Shown here piece after piece: positions 1 to 8,838 of a DNA stretch of 21,435 bases (positions are counted from its first letter, which is position 1; every line of letters begins with the position of its first letter). The stretch is from IMG/VR virus record IMGVR_UViG_3300042880_000509. One strand, 5' to 3'. The notes under the pieces were generated by a model. That model was not told where the DNA came from, searched no databases, and saw only the letters and a list, made by a program, of their open reading frames with translations. A program made the position numbers and the translations under genes. This DNA comes from a virus (taxonomy: Duplodnaviria > Heunggongvirae > Uroviricota > Caudoviricetes).

Positions 1-504
1 TTGTGTTTTTCTAAATGCTGGAGTTAGTGCCTCATTTACTTTTTCCCAGTATTCTTCGGATTCTATAGCACTTGTTGTAATATCCCACATACTACCATGA
101 CCTTGAGTTCTAAATTCTTTAATAACACCGCATAAATCTGGAAGAGAAGGAATCTCACTAAGTATATCAATCATTTCGTCCTCATCACAAGATGTCAAAT
201 ACCCAGTCCCAGGACATGCGGTATGATATTCTTTAGCAAGACCTTCGTGTTTTTCTTGACTCTCAATTGGTTTTCCCTCTATACCACCTCTTTCACACAT
301 TTCAAATGTTGAGCTTGCTCTTTGTCTTGGTTCACCACTAGACCACCAATTATAAACGTCTTTACCTACGTTAGCAACTAGTGCTGATCCGGCAACCCAT
401 AAAGCAATAGTTAGTACTTCTTCATTTAGTTGTTGTCTTTCGTTTAAAACTCTCTTAACAATTCTTTTAAGATCATTTTCATTAATATTTACTATTTTTC
501 CCAT
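1..504 (-). CDS. Leader-bearing hypothetical protein, 3' end outside the window (not in ORF track)
   Basis: Hand translation from ATG at 504 is open to the window edge: MGKIVNINENDLKRIVKRVLNERQQLNEEVLTIALWVAGSALVANVG...; class A leader, then a hydrophobic segment and a Cys-containing domain. Confidence 0.9.
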   Translation of the reverse strand, partial: MGKIVNINENDLKRIVKRVLNERQQLNEEVLTIALWVAGSALVANVGKDVYNWWSSGEPRQRASSTFEMCERGGIEGKPIESQEKHEGLAKEYHTACPGTGYLTSCDEDEMIDILSEIPSLPDLCGVIKEFRTQGHGSMWDITTSAIESEEYWEKVNEALTPAFRKTQ

Positions 505-516
505 TTTTATTTTATT

Positions 517-750
517 TTAATTGGATCCTGAATAATCCCTTTTATTTTCAATTTTATTATAAAAACCTTCTTTGGTTCCTTTCCAGTCCCAAGGTAAATC
601 ATGTTTCATGTTATATTCTATTTGTCTTTCAGAAACACCTTTTAGTTTTGACATAATTTTTTTAAAAAAACCAATATTAGTTTCTTCCTTCTCTTCTAGA
701 ACAAGTTTTACAATTCTACGATAATCACTTTCGTTAATATGTCTTTTCAT
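517..750 (-). CDS. Leader-bearing hypothetical protein (77 aa)
   Basis: Start moved from 771 to ATG 750 (MKRHINESDYRRIVKLVLEE, class A leader); TATTTAT box at 762-768. Confidence 0.85.
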   Translation of the reverse strand: MKRHINESDYRRIVKLVLEEKEETNIGFFKKIMSKLKGVSERQIEYNMKHDLPWDWKGTKEGFYNKIENKRDYSGSN

Positions 751-818
751 AAGTTTTATTAATAAATACATTTTACTATATAAAAATTTTAAGTTAATAT
801 TAATTAAAATTAAAATAA

Positions 819-1244
819 ATGGAAAAAATAACTCAAAACAGTACTGTGACTGTAAATTACACAGGTAAATTAGAAGATGGAACTATTTTTGACACATCTT
901 TAGTTGAAGGTAGGGAGCCACTAAAGGCTAAATTAGGTGAAGGTCAATTAATCCCAGGATTTGAATCTGGATTAATTGATATGACAATGGGTGAAAATAA
1001 AACTATTGATATAAACCCAACTGAAGCCTATGGTGAATATAACGACGAATTAATTGTTGAGGTCCCAAAAAATAATGTTCCCGAAAATGTTGAGGTTGGT
1101 ATGATGTTACAAACTTTTGGTCCTATGGGTCCTAGTATTGTTAAAGTTTTGGAAATTAAAGATGAGGTTGTTGTTTTAGATGCTAATCATCCTTTGGCTG
1201 GTAAAAAACTTACTTTTGAATTAGAAGTTGTTGGTGTAGAATAA
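819..1244 (+). CDS. slyD: FKBP-type peptidyl-prolyl cis-trans isomerase, SlyD/SlpA-like with insert-in-flap domain, no His-rich tail
   Basis: VTVNYTGKLEDGTIFDTS, LGEGQLIPGFESGL, AYGEY and DANHPLAGKKLTFELEVV are hallmark SlyD/SlpA motifs; slyD versus slpA assignment is uncertain. Confidence 0.95.
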   Translation: MEKITQNSTVTVNYTGKLEDGTIFDTSLVEGREPLKAKLGEGQLIPGFESGLIDMTMGENKTIDINPTEAYGEYNDELIVEVPKNNVPENVEVGMMLQTFGPMGPSIVKVLEIKDEVVVLDANHPLAGKKLTFELEVVGVE

Positions 1245-1256
1245 TACACCAACAAC
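1227..1256. terminator. Perfect 12-bp hairpin between convergent genes
   Basis: GTTGTTGGTGTA-GAATAA-TACACCAACAAC; the FKBP stop codon lies in the loop; U-tracts are weak. Confidence 0.55.
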
Positions 1257-1258
1257 AT

Positions 1259-1633
1259 TTAAATTATCTGTTTAATTTCTTGTGAAATATCATTAACTTC
1301 TACGTTATGATATTCTATAATGTCAATTATTCTATTTGCAAGATCTAATATGTGGTCAGATTTTTGATCTCTCATTCCTGAATTTACGGATTCATCAACT
1401 ATATCTTCACATTTCTTTTTTATTTTATCAAGATATTTTTCGGTGTATGTTAACTCCTCAACAACCCTATTTAATTTACTTAAATTTTTAGTGTAGTGAT
1501 AACCTTTACCTTTAAAAAAACCTTTAACACCTGTCCAAGTATCGCCTAATCCTTCATTTGTTTCAGAATAATTTTCTTTTACAACTTTTTTAATAATTCT
1601 ATTAATATCTTGTTCTGTTAAATTTCTTCTCAT
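1259..1633 (-). CDS. Leader-bearing helical hypothetical protein
   Basis: MRRNLTEQDINRIIKKVVKE class A leader; coiled-coil-like cargo. Confidence 0.9.
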   Translation of the reverse strand: MRRNLTEQDINRIIKKVVKENYSETNEGLGDTWTGVKGFFKGKGYHYTKNLSKLNRVVEELTYTEKYLDKIKKKCEDIVDESVNSGMRDQKSDHILDLANRIIDIIEYHNVEVNDISQEIKQII

Positions 1634-1635
1634 GA

Positions 1636-2151
1636 TTAAAAACCTAAAAATGATTTAGCGGCGTTTACCGTACTTTTTGTTGTATCAGATACGGCTTGTG
1701 TTACTTTTTCTGTATTACTTTTTGTTGGTGTTTTTACACAACCAGATTGACATTTTAAAGTAATTGTAATACCGTCTACATTAACTGAAATTTTTTCTTT
1801 ACCAACATTATTTTTAATGGTATTTGACGCTTCCCCACCTGAAGGTAAGTCAAATGTTTGATCGCCTTTTAATGGTATTGAAACTTTAATTGAGTCACCT
1901 TCTGGAAAATCTTTAACATTTACCCCAACACCATAAGCACTTATTGAGTACACATACGTTTGTTTTGTTGTGCTATTTATAACTTTAACATCTCCATCAG
2001 GTGTTGCAGATAAAACATATGGTGATGCTTTATAATCATCTTCAGTTAATTCATCATTTTTAATTTGTTCACTTATAACTTTTCCTTTATTATATGTGAA
2101 CAAATATTTAATTTCATTAATTTCGTTAAGTAATCTTTGTTTCATATTCAA
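1636..2151 (-). CDS. Leader-bearing hypothetical protein
   Basis: MNMKQRLLNEINEIKYLFTY...VISEQ...LTED leader variant, then a beta-rich domain. Confidence 0.88.
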   Translation of the reverse strand: MNMKQRLLNEINEIKYLFTYNKGKVISEQIKNDELTEDDYKASPYVLSATPDGDVKVINSTTKQTYVYSISAYGVGVNVKDFPEGDSIKVSIPLKGDQTFDLPSGGEASNTIKNNVGKEKISVNVDGITITLKCQSGCVKTPTKSNTEKVTQAVSDTTKSTVNAAKSFLGF

Positions 2152-2157
2152 TAATTT

Positions 2158-3231
2158 TTAATATACATCACCGGTCCAAGTTGTGTCTTCTTTTTCTTGT
2201 TGTCCGGATCCTCCACCCATGTCTTTATCAAAATCATATTCATCATCACCGCCACCACCTTTTTTAGTTTTACAAATTGTTTGTAAATCGGCGTCGGTAA
2301 AATATGTTTTTCCAATTTTTGCTTTTACAGCATCTCTTGTTTTAGAACCAAATTTATTATCAACTCTATAAGGATAAAGACCATCATCTTTTAAACATTG
2401 TTGAGCTTCACCCACTTCTGGTGTGATACATCCCATAGAATAAGTTCCTTTACATTCATTTTTACCACCAACTCTAGGGGTATAATCTGGTTTTGGTGTT
2501 TTATCTTTTCCTGGATCATTTCTAACACCACTATCTCTACCACTTATTGTACTTGAGTATTTAGTGATAAAATCAAGAACATTTGATTTTTCTCCATTAC
2601 TTAAAGTTAGTTCAATGTTACTTAAAGCGTTTTGTCCTGCGTATTTACCATTATAGTTTGATATCTTACCAGTAATATTTGTACTAGCGTGTGATATAAA
2701 ATTACCAGGCATATTTCTCCAAACAATAAATTTATTCCAATAATAAAAAGAACCTTGTTTTTCATTTGAGGATTCTTTCACACTACGTACAAGATCGTTT
2801 TTTTCTAAATTTGTTTTTAGTACGGCCCAATAATTATCATTACCATTTGCCATCCAATCAAAAGTGGTTTTCTTTCCGGATTGTGTACATTCTACATCTA
2901 ATAATTTTGCAAATTCATCGTTCTGATATACTGATCCAAAATTTATGAAATTTTTTGTCCCACACATATAAATAACATCATTATTTTTCATATATGTAAT
3001 CATTACTTCTTTTCTGTTGGTACTTAGACCAAAAGTACTACCTTTCAGAATATTGATTCTTGGTAATGCAAAATTGGTAGCACCTCTAAGGAGAGTTAAT
3101 TCGTAGTTTTTATTAGTTCTTTCATGCGTTAAACGATTTAAACCTTCATAATTCTCATTCAAGGTCTTCTTACTATCATAATTCATGTATAGTAAAGATC
3201 TTTTTATTAAATCTTCATTAATATTTTTCAT
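2158..3231 (-). CDS. Leader-bearing protein with a C-terminal putative peptidoglycan-binding domain (PG_binding_1-like)
   Basis: MKNINEDLIKRSLLYM...TLNEN leader; GCITPEVGEAQQCLKDDGLYPYRVDNKFGSKTRDAVK resembles the G..V..lQ..L...G.....vDG.fG..T..Av pattern; TATTTATA box at 3246-3253. Confidence 0.8.
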   Translation of the reverse strand: MKNINEDLIKRSLLYMNYDSKKTLNENYEGLNRLTHERTNKNYELTLLRGATNFALPRINILKGSTFGLSTNRKEVMITYMKNNDVIYMCGTKNFINFGSVYQNDEFAKLLDVECTQSGKKTTFDWMANGNDNYWAVLKTNLEKNDLVRSVKESSNEKQGSFYYWNKFIVWRNMPGNFISHASTNITGKISNYNGKYAGQNALSNIELTLSNGEKSNVLDFITKYSSTISGRDSGVRNDPGKDKTPKPDYTPRVGGKNECKGTYSMGCITPEVGEAQQCLKDDGLYPYRVDNKFGSKTRDAVKAKIGKTYFTDADLQTICKTKKGGGGDDEYDFDKDMGGGSGQQEKEDTTWTGDVY

Positions 3232-3271
3232 AAAGTATTTTATTTTATAAATACCTCAAACAAGTAAAAAA

Positions 3272-3910
3272 TTAAGTAGTTTTTATAACAACCTTACTTT
3301 TAACATAATCTATTATGTCTTGTTTTGAAAATTTTGGATCCGTGTTCAACCTATCTAATTCATCCATAAATCTTGGTCTTCTTTCAGAATCTGAAATTTT
3401 ACTAGGAGTATTACTCTGAACATTACTTGGTTGACTTTGTGTCATTCTTTGTACTCCAGAAGCTTGTTGACTTTTATAGTATTGATCTCCGGTTGGTGCC
3501 GGACCTTCTTGTTTTTCCCTTTCAACTGTTTTGGTAGAGCAGTAACTTTCAATAAAAGGTATTTCTTGTTCTATTTTTGGTATAACATTATTTTTATCTT
3601 TAGCCATTGATTTAGCTAATCTAAGACCATCTTTAGCGTCATCCAATTTTGTTTTAGCATCAGAACTTAAATTATTTCCCGAACAAACATTGTTTGGGTC
3701 AATAGTGTTCATGTCGTCTATATATCCTTGTATTTTTCCTTTGAACAATGGATTTTGTGATTTTAAATCTTCAAGATAAGATAATATTGTTTGTTTTTTT
3801 GTTTCTAATTCTTTTATATCACCTTCTTTAAGTAACATTTTTTTTGTAATGTACTTATTTTCCATCATTAGATTCCTTTTAATTATCCTTTCTAATTTTC
3901 CTTTTGACAT
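3272..3910 (-). CDS. Hypothetical helical protein with a loose leader
   Basis: 212 aa ORF; KLERIIKRNLMME...LLKE start; Gln/Ser-rich linker. Confidence 0.85.
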   Translation of the reverse strand: MSKGKLERIIKRNLMMENKYITKKMLLKEGDIKELETKKQTILSYLEDLKSQNPLFKGKIQGYIDDMNTIDPNNVCSGNNLSSDAKTKLDDAKDGLRLAKSMAKDKNNVIPKIEQEIPFIESYCSTKTVEREKQEGPAPTGDQYYKSQQASGVQRMTQSQPSNVQSNTPSKISDSERRPRFMDELDRLNTDPKFSKQDIIDYVKSKVVIKTT

Positions 3911-3928
3911 ATTAATATATATTATTTT

Positions 3929-4471
3929 TTAGTTCATGTCAGACTTTTTATTTGGCTTGTGCTTATCAAGTCTTATTTGGAATTTAATATCTGAAACTTT
4001 TAAAGATGCTGCGTAATCGGTTAAGTATTTTAATACGTTTTGAGTTAGGTCTGCTAATCTATCCATTAATCTTTCTTTGTCTAGTAACTCTTCACCCATG
4101 TTAACCATTGTTCTTATTTTTTCTTGGTAAGACTCAAGTTTTCTATGTAATATTTCACCTTTTTTAATTGTTTCTTTTTCTGTAAAATCTCTAAAAACAA
4201 TTTTCATAACATCAATTATTTCTGTTATTAAATCAATTGCTTCTTTTAAGTTTTCCCTCAAATCAATATATTCAATATTTTCAGATCTTAACATTGATGT
4301 TATCCCTCTAAATACCTTTGACAGGTCTGTCATTGTATCAACAAGGATTCCCATTGATTTTCCACCATGGTTTAACATTGTATCAAAATCGTCATATCCG
4401 GCCGCTTCCTCATCCAGGTTTTCAACTAACCTCTTAACTTGAGATTCTGTAAGTATAAAATTTCTTCCCAT
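3929..4471 (-). CDS. Leader-bearing helical-bundle or coiled-coil protein
   Basis: MGRNFILTESQVKRLVE leader; heptad-like cargo. Confidence 0.9.
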   Translation of the reverse strand: MGRNFILTESQVKRLVENLDEEAAGYDDFDTMLNHGGKSMGILVDTMTDLSKVFRGITSMLRSENIEYIDLRENLKEAIDLITEIIDVMKIVFRDFTEKETIKKGEILHRKLESYQEKIRTMVNMGEELLDKERLMDRLADLTQNVLKYLTDYAASLKVSDIKFQIRLDKHKPNKKSDMN

Positions 4472-4473
4472 AA

Positions 4474-4587
4474 TTAATTTTTTAATTCTTCTTTTAGTTT
4501 TCTTAATATTTCTTCATTTTTCAAAAGTAATCTTAATCTCTTATTAAGGTTTCTTTTATTTCTTGGTTTTGTTTCTTCTTTTTTCAT
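4474..4587 (-). CDS. Small basic protein (37 aa, not in ORF track)
   Basis: MKKEETKPRNKRNLNKRLRLLLKNEEILRKLKEELKN; fills the gap, stop 2 nt before the next start. Confidence 0.6.
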   Translation of the reverse strand: MKKEETKPRNKRNLNKRLRLLLKNEEILRKLKEELKN

Positions 4588-4613
4588 TTCAAATACTATT
4601 GATTGTTATCTTC

Positions 4614-4706
4614 TTATACAACTTCAATATCTTGAATTACAAGATTATCTAAAATCTCATATCTTCTAAGAAAATTAAATTGTGATTCTGCTATTACTAC
4701 TTTCAT
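4614..4706 (-). pseudogene. Leader-only stub ORF (30 aa), truncated family member or micropeptide
   Basis: TATTTATA box at 4711-4718, then MKVVIAESQFNFLRRYEILDNLVIQDIEVV and TAA; matches the start of 7023..7319 (MKILITESQLNFIRRL). Confidence 0.6.
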
Positions 4707-4720
4707 TATCTATAAATATA

Positions 4721-5356
4721 TTAGCAACTGGATTCCTCCCAATATTTAGATAACATATCGTAATATTCTTCATACATTAGTTTTTCCACTTCTTCTCTTT
4801 CCGGTTCATTATCAAATATATCATAATCCATTTCGTATTCATCGGTACATCCCTCATCTTTATAGAAAAAACATAATCCCTCACTAATACAAAAATCTGC
4901 ATACTCCTCACCATCCTCAAAATTACAAGGATCCTGTATTTCTGTTTGGTAATCAATTATATCTCTTAATTCCTGGAGTCTTCTTAATCTGGTTATTGAT
5001 TTTTTATTTGGTTTAGAGTCCTTTGATTCAAACATATTTTGTTTACCGTAATCACTACAATCAACATCGTGATAATATTTTGATATATCATACTTAAATA
5101 GCATATTAATGGCCGTTTTTATAATTTCAATTTCACTATCGTAGTCTGTTGCTTCATCAAATTTTGTATAATCGTAAAATACAAAATCGGAAACACTATC
5201 AACTACAGTTGAATGAAACATTTCAAACCCGGATTCATTAGGTTTTTTACGATAATAACAAGGTTCCTGATCTGATAGTTCCCTCTCAAATAATTTTTTT
5301 AAATGATCCGGATCTACTCTTCTAAATAAAAAATTAATATATTTTTTCTTATCCAT
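4721..5356 (-). CDS. Protein with two tandem RR...YxxxIxxxY domains
   Basis: FLFRRV...EPC...LFKYDISKYY and RLRRL...DPC...EYYDMLSKYW, joined by an NMFES linker; box at 5361-5368. Confidence 0.9.
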   Translation of the reverse strand: MDKKKYINFLFRRVDPDHLKKLFERELSDQEPCYYRKKPNESGFEMFHSTVVDSVSDFVFYDYTKFDEATDYDSEIEIIKTAINMLFKYDISKYYHDVDCSDYGKQNMFESKDSKPNKKSITRLRRLQELRDIIDYQTEIQDPCNFEDGEEYADFCISEGLCFFYKDEGCTDEYEMDYDIFDNEPEREEVEKLMYEEYYDMLSKYWEESSC

Positions 5357-5381
5357 ATATTATAAATACAATTAAATTTCG

Positions 5382-5389
5382 TATATTTG
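5382..5389 (+). promoter_or_regulatory. Bacteroidota-type -7 promoter element
   Basis: TATATTTG (TAnnTTTG) 22 nt before ATG 5412; no clear -33 TTTG. Confidence 0.6.
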
Positions 5390-5411
5390 TAGAACACTAA
5401 ATTATTAAACC

Positions 5412-5852
5412 ATGAAAACTTTATTTTTGATTTTATTTACGTTTTTTTCTTTGAGACTTTCGTCACAAGTAATTACTTTAACTTCTTATAAGTCTGAAAC
5501 TTTATTTAAAGAAGGTAATTACATTGACTCTAATTTTACCCAAATACTTAACACGGAATCTGTTTTTAGTAGTTATGGTAAAATAACCAAAGTTTTGGAT
5601 TTAGATTTTGGATCAGCTCTTTTGATTGAAGATGGTAATTTAATTAATACATTAAAAATAAAATCACATGAATTAAAAAATGGTGTTTATTTTATTGTAT
5701 TAGATGATACAAATATTTTTACTGGGGAGCAACTTGATACATATCAGATTATTGATACAAATAATAATTTTAGTTACTTTTATTGGTTTTATTCTGACGT
5801 TAATGAGAGTTGGTTAATAAATGAAAAAATTGATAAAATTTTAATAGAATAA
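5412..5852 (+). CDS. Secreted or periplasmic beta-rich protein with a signal peptide
   Basis: MKTLFLILFTFFSLRLSS-Q: basic n-region, hydrophobic h-region, Gln at the predicted +1 position. Confidence 0.85.
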   Translation: MKTLFLILFTFFSLRLSSQVITLTSYKSETLFKEGNYIDSNFTQILNTESVFSSYGKITKVLDLDFGSALLIEDGNLINTLKIKSHELKNGVYFIVLDDTNIFTGEQLDTYQIIDTNNNFSYFYWFYSDVNESWLINEKIDKILIE

Positions 5853-5885
5853 AAAAAAAGGTGGATAAAAATCCACCTTTAATTT
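5853..5885. terminator. Bidirectional intrinsic terminator
   Basis: A-run, AAAGGTGGAT-AAAA-ATCCACCTTT, T-rich run, between convergent stops at 5852 and 5895. Confidence 0.9.
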
Positions 5886-5894
5886 TTCTATTCA

Positions 5895-6296
5895 TTACTT
5901 ACATCCGTGATTTATCATTGCAGCTTTAGCTATTTTTCCAAGCATCTTTTGATGGGTGTAATTATCTACAACAGGACCATTAACTTTATTATTAACATCA
6001 CTAATTCTATAGTCTTTTGGATTAAAACTATCTAAAGCACCAGCTCTAGTTACAACATAATAAAGTGGTTGTGCTCCAGTTGTTTTTTTTGTCTTTGGGT
6101 CAACTTCATCAAACTGAATAAATGTGTTTTGACAACCAATTGTTGCTAATCCAGTAATTTGATGTGATTTATTAACAATAAAAGAAACAACTGATCCTCT
6201 TGTATAAGTTTGTTCCATTAATAGTTTACTCTCATTAATTACTCTTCTTACAATTCTTGTAAGATCTGATTCTGTTAATCTAACAATTCTTTTCAT
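5895..6296 (-). CDS. Leader-bearing hypothetical protein
   Basis: MKRIVRLTESDLTRIVRRVINESKLLMEQ class A leader; box at 6329-6336. Confidence 0.9.
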   Translation of the reverse strand: MKRIVRLTESDLTRIVRRVINESKLLMEQTYTRGSVVSFIVNKSHQITGLATIGCQNTFIQFDEVDPKTKKTTGAQPLYYVVTRAGALDSFNPKDYRISDVNNKVNGPVVDNYTHQKMLGKIAKAAMINHGCK

Positions 6297-6354
6297 TTTT
6301 TTTTAATTTTTTAATTTTAGTATTTTACTATAAATATATTGACATAATTAAAAA

Positions 6355-6645
6355 TTAACCCATAGGGTAATCCCTTTTAAAATTTCTATAATACATATCC
6401 ATTAAAGGATTAAACTGACCAATTATAAAATCAACAATTGGTTCCCACTCACTTTCTGATAATTGATCAAGTGAAATATCAAACTTCAACTGGAAGAATG
6501 TATCAACAGCCGTTTTTGCTAGGTCTATCTTAAATGCTTCTTTATTTTTGGTATCCCAATAAGAGTGTATAGCACCCCTTCTCATAATTTTTTCAATCTT
6601 ATGTGAGTCGTATCGTCTTAAAAAAAATGATGGTAACTTATCCAT
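6355..6645 (-). CDS. RR...YxxxIxxxY family protein without leader
   Basis: LPSFFLRRY...QFNPLMDMYY. Confidence 0.85.
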   Translation of the reverse strand: MDKLPSFFLRRYDSHKIEKIMRRGAIHSYWDTKNKEAFKIDLAKTAVDTFFQLKFDISLDQLSESEWEPIVDFIIGQFNPLMDMYYRNFKRDYPMG

Positions 6646-6648
6646 ATT

Positions 6649-6990
6649 TTATACTTTTTCCATATCAACGCCACCAGTACTTCCTTCAGTTGATGAACCT
6701 TTTACAAAATTAATAACAGAATTAACATTTTCTTTTGATAAGGTTTTTTCAGTTCCATTTTTTGATTTAACCTTACATCCACCATCACTTGTTTTAGATA
6801 ATGATGCAACATTTATATTCATATAAAGTTTGGAGAATCTAATTTTTGCAGTTTTTTTATCAACAGTAATAGAAACGGTTCCATCACCATTCACACTAAA
6901 TGTTGCGTTGTTAATTACAACACTTTCATTAATTACACGTCTTACAATTCTAGAAAGATCGGATTCTGTAAGTCTAATTATTTTTTTCAT
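6649..6990 (-). CDS. Leader-bearing small beta-rich protein
   Basis: Start moved to ATG 6990 (MKKIIRLTESDLSRIVRRVINE); box at 7007-7013. Confidence 0.88.
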   Translation of the reverse strand: MKKIIRLTESDLSRIVRRVINESVVINNATFSVNGDGTVSITVDKKTAKIRFSKLYMNINVASLSKTSDGGCKVKSKNGTEKTLSKENVNSVINFVKGSSTEGSTGGVDMEKV

Positions 6991-7022
6991 AAAATAGTTT
7001 TTATTCATAAATACTAAAAATA

Positions 7023-7319
7023 TTAAAAAAGACTACTAGGTTTCTTACTGTTATAAATCTTTCGTATCTCACCCCTTAGTTCATAAACAATGTAATCTCT
7101 AAACTCCGTGCGTAAAGGATATTTTACCCCACGCCCACCAAATGGTGTCATATAACTTGGAAGTTCATTTAGGGTTGTTATTGCAACATGAGAAATATAA
7201 TCTTGAAAATCAACAAACTCGGTTGGCTCAACAAATTGTAGCACCTTATTAAGTTCCTCCTCAATGGCGGGAAGTCTTCTAATGAAATTAAGTTGGGATT
7301 CGGTAATTAATATTTTCAT
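7023..7319 (-). CDS. Leader plus RR...YxxxIxxxY domain
   Basis: MKILITESQLNFIRRL...ELRGEIRKIY; box at 7325-7331. Confidence 0.88.
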   Translation of the reverse strand: MKILITESQLNFIRRLPAIEEELNKVLQFVEPTEFVDFQDYISHVAITTLNELPSYMTPFGGRGVKYPLRTEFRDYIVYELRGEIRKIYNSKKPSSLF

Positions 7320-7346
7320 ATAAGATAAATATTTGTCAATTCCAAA

Positions 7347-8174
7347 TTAGGTTACCCCTTGTTGATTTACTTTATTTATACCTTGTTTGATTAAATTTAA
7401 CTTATCTTGTGAAAGATTCCCAAATGAACTATCCATTTGTGTTTTAACCTTTTCAAGATCTTTTGGATTTTGTGTTACATTAACTGTTGTTGGAGTGATT
7501 AGTTTTGGGTAATATGAGGCTAATGAATTTAAAAAGAACTTTTGTGTTTGATTTAAACTACTTTGGTATTTAGTTATATTTGTCAATTTTTCAAAAAACG
7601 TTTCAGCAGCACCTGGTTCCTGTTTTATATTTTCTCTCATTTTTTGTATCAATTCTGTGAATCTCTCTTTTAAATAATTTTTTGGGTCGTTTTGAGCGTG
7701 GGCTGGAATCGGTAATTCCATAAATCTTAAATAATATTCATCAATGTTTAACATGTCAGCCATGTCTTTTGTGAAATTATTGGTTGATGTTTCTTGATTA
7801 TCAACAGTTCCTCCACTCATATCTTTATTAATAAATGGTTTAACAAATTTCTTCCAAAGATCACTACTTTTTGTCGTAATCTCACCGTCACTATTATTTG
7901 GACACCAACCATCACCTGTTTTACAAACCCAAACAGGAATATTATTTTCTTCCATAAATTTCTTTAAATAATCATTATAATCCTTGTCTGTCCAACTACC
8001 GGTAGTTGCCGCCGGTAATTTTATATTATAATGGTTGTTTAAAAACTGGGCATAGTTTTTAGTGTGTTTGGCTTTTTTTGAATTTAGTACTTCCGGTGTT
8101 AGTTTTTCGCCAACTATTTCATACAACCCTAAGATTCTTTTTTTTTCATCTTCAGTAATAATTAATCTTTTCAT
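7347..8174 (-). CDS. Leader-bearing hypothetical protein
   Basis: MKRLIITEDEKKRILGLYE leader; YAQFLN...L...GSW segment weakly resembles a degenerate PG-binding fold; box at 8181-8187. Confidence 0.88.
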   Translation of the reverse strand: MKRLIITEDEKKRILGLYEIVGEKLTPEVLNSKKAKHTKNYAQFLNNHYNIKLPAATTGSWTDKDYNDYLKKFMEENNIPVWVCKTGDGWCPNNSDGEITTKSSDLWKKFVKPFINKDMSGGTVDNQETSTNNFTKDMADMLNIDEYYLRFMELPIPAHAQNDPKNYLKERFTELIQKMRENIKQEPGAAETFFEKLTNITKYQSSLNQTQKFFLNSLASYYPKLITPTTVNVTQNPKDLEKVKTQMDSSFGNLSQDKLNLIKQGINKVNQQGVT

Positions 8175-8204
8175 ACAACAATAAATATTGTAAAAGGAAG
8201 AAAA

Positions 8205-8780
8205 TTAATTTAACTCACCATTTTTGTGTTCATCTCTTATCGTCTCCAAACGGGGAATAACAATTTCAAACATTTGTTCCATACCATCATTTTTAAACCA
8301 ATTAAAAAATCCAACAAAACTTGAAAAATTTTCCGGTGGTGAAATGGTTGCAAAATTATCCTCACCCCAAATTTCATAATAATCGTCTTCAATAAAATAA
8401 TCTGTGGTATCAACAGGTATAAAACACTCACCTTCATAATAAGGTGTTGCAAGAACAACAATACCATCATAATTTTCTGGATCTTTTATATCATATTCCA
8501 TAACCCCATCATATCTTTTGTTAGACGATACTTCATATGGTTTATTATCAAAATAAAATGTAAAATTATGATCAAAATATTTTTTACCATAAAAATATCT
8601 ATGTAACTGACTCAAATCATAACAATCAAATTCAGGAAAATCGTTTTTAAAAATAAAATCAAGAGTTTTTGGGGTTAAAGAATAAGTTTCAAAAGTTTTA
8701 TACACACCTTTTTTTTCAAACGAGTCTAGAATCTTTGTTTTTAATTTATCTTTTTGATTTTCTGTTATAAGAAGTTTCAT
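8205..8780 (-). CDS. Leader-bearing protein, paralog of the C-terminal domain of 9446..10375
   Basis: Start moved to ATG 8780 (MKLLITENQ); ILDSF...LTPKTLDFIF...ATPYYEGEC matches ILNSF...LTPKALDKIF...ATPFYEGYC; box at 8787-8793. Confidence 0.88.
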   Translation of the reverse strand: MKLLITENQKDKLKTKILDSFEKKGVYKTFETYSLTPKTLDFIFKNDFPEFDCYDLSQLHRYFYGKKYFDHNFTFYFDNKPYEVSSNKRYDGVMEYDIKDPENYDGIVVLATPYYEGECFIPVDTTDYFIEDDYYEIWGEDNFATISPPENFSSFVGFFNWFKNDGMEQMFEIVIPRLETIRDEHKNGELN

Positions 8781-8802
8781 ATTATGATAAATACTCCATG
8801 AA

Positions 8803-8830
8803 ATAAAAAACCCCACTTGATGAGGTGGGG
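8803..8830 (-). terminator. Intrinsic terminator
   Basis: Minus strand CCCCACCT-CATC-AAGTGGGG followed by TTTTTTAT. Confidence 0.85.
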
Positions 8831-8838
8831 AAGTTGAT

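Noticed and set aside
2183-2948. Plus-strand ORFs 2183..2371 and 2766..2948
   Set aside because: Antisense shadows inside the well-supported 357-aa gene; no promoter, atypical composition
7993-8008. 16-bp palindrome CAACTACCGGTAGTTG
   Set aside because: Inside a CDS; about one such palindrome is expected by chance in 21 kb at this composition
8237-8470. Minus-strand 77-aa ORF
   Set aside because: Alternate frame nested within 8205..8780, which has a paralog and a leader
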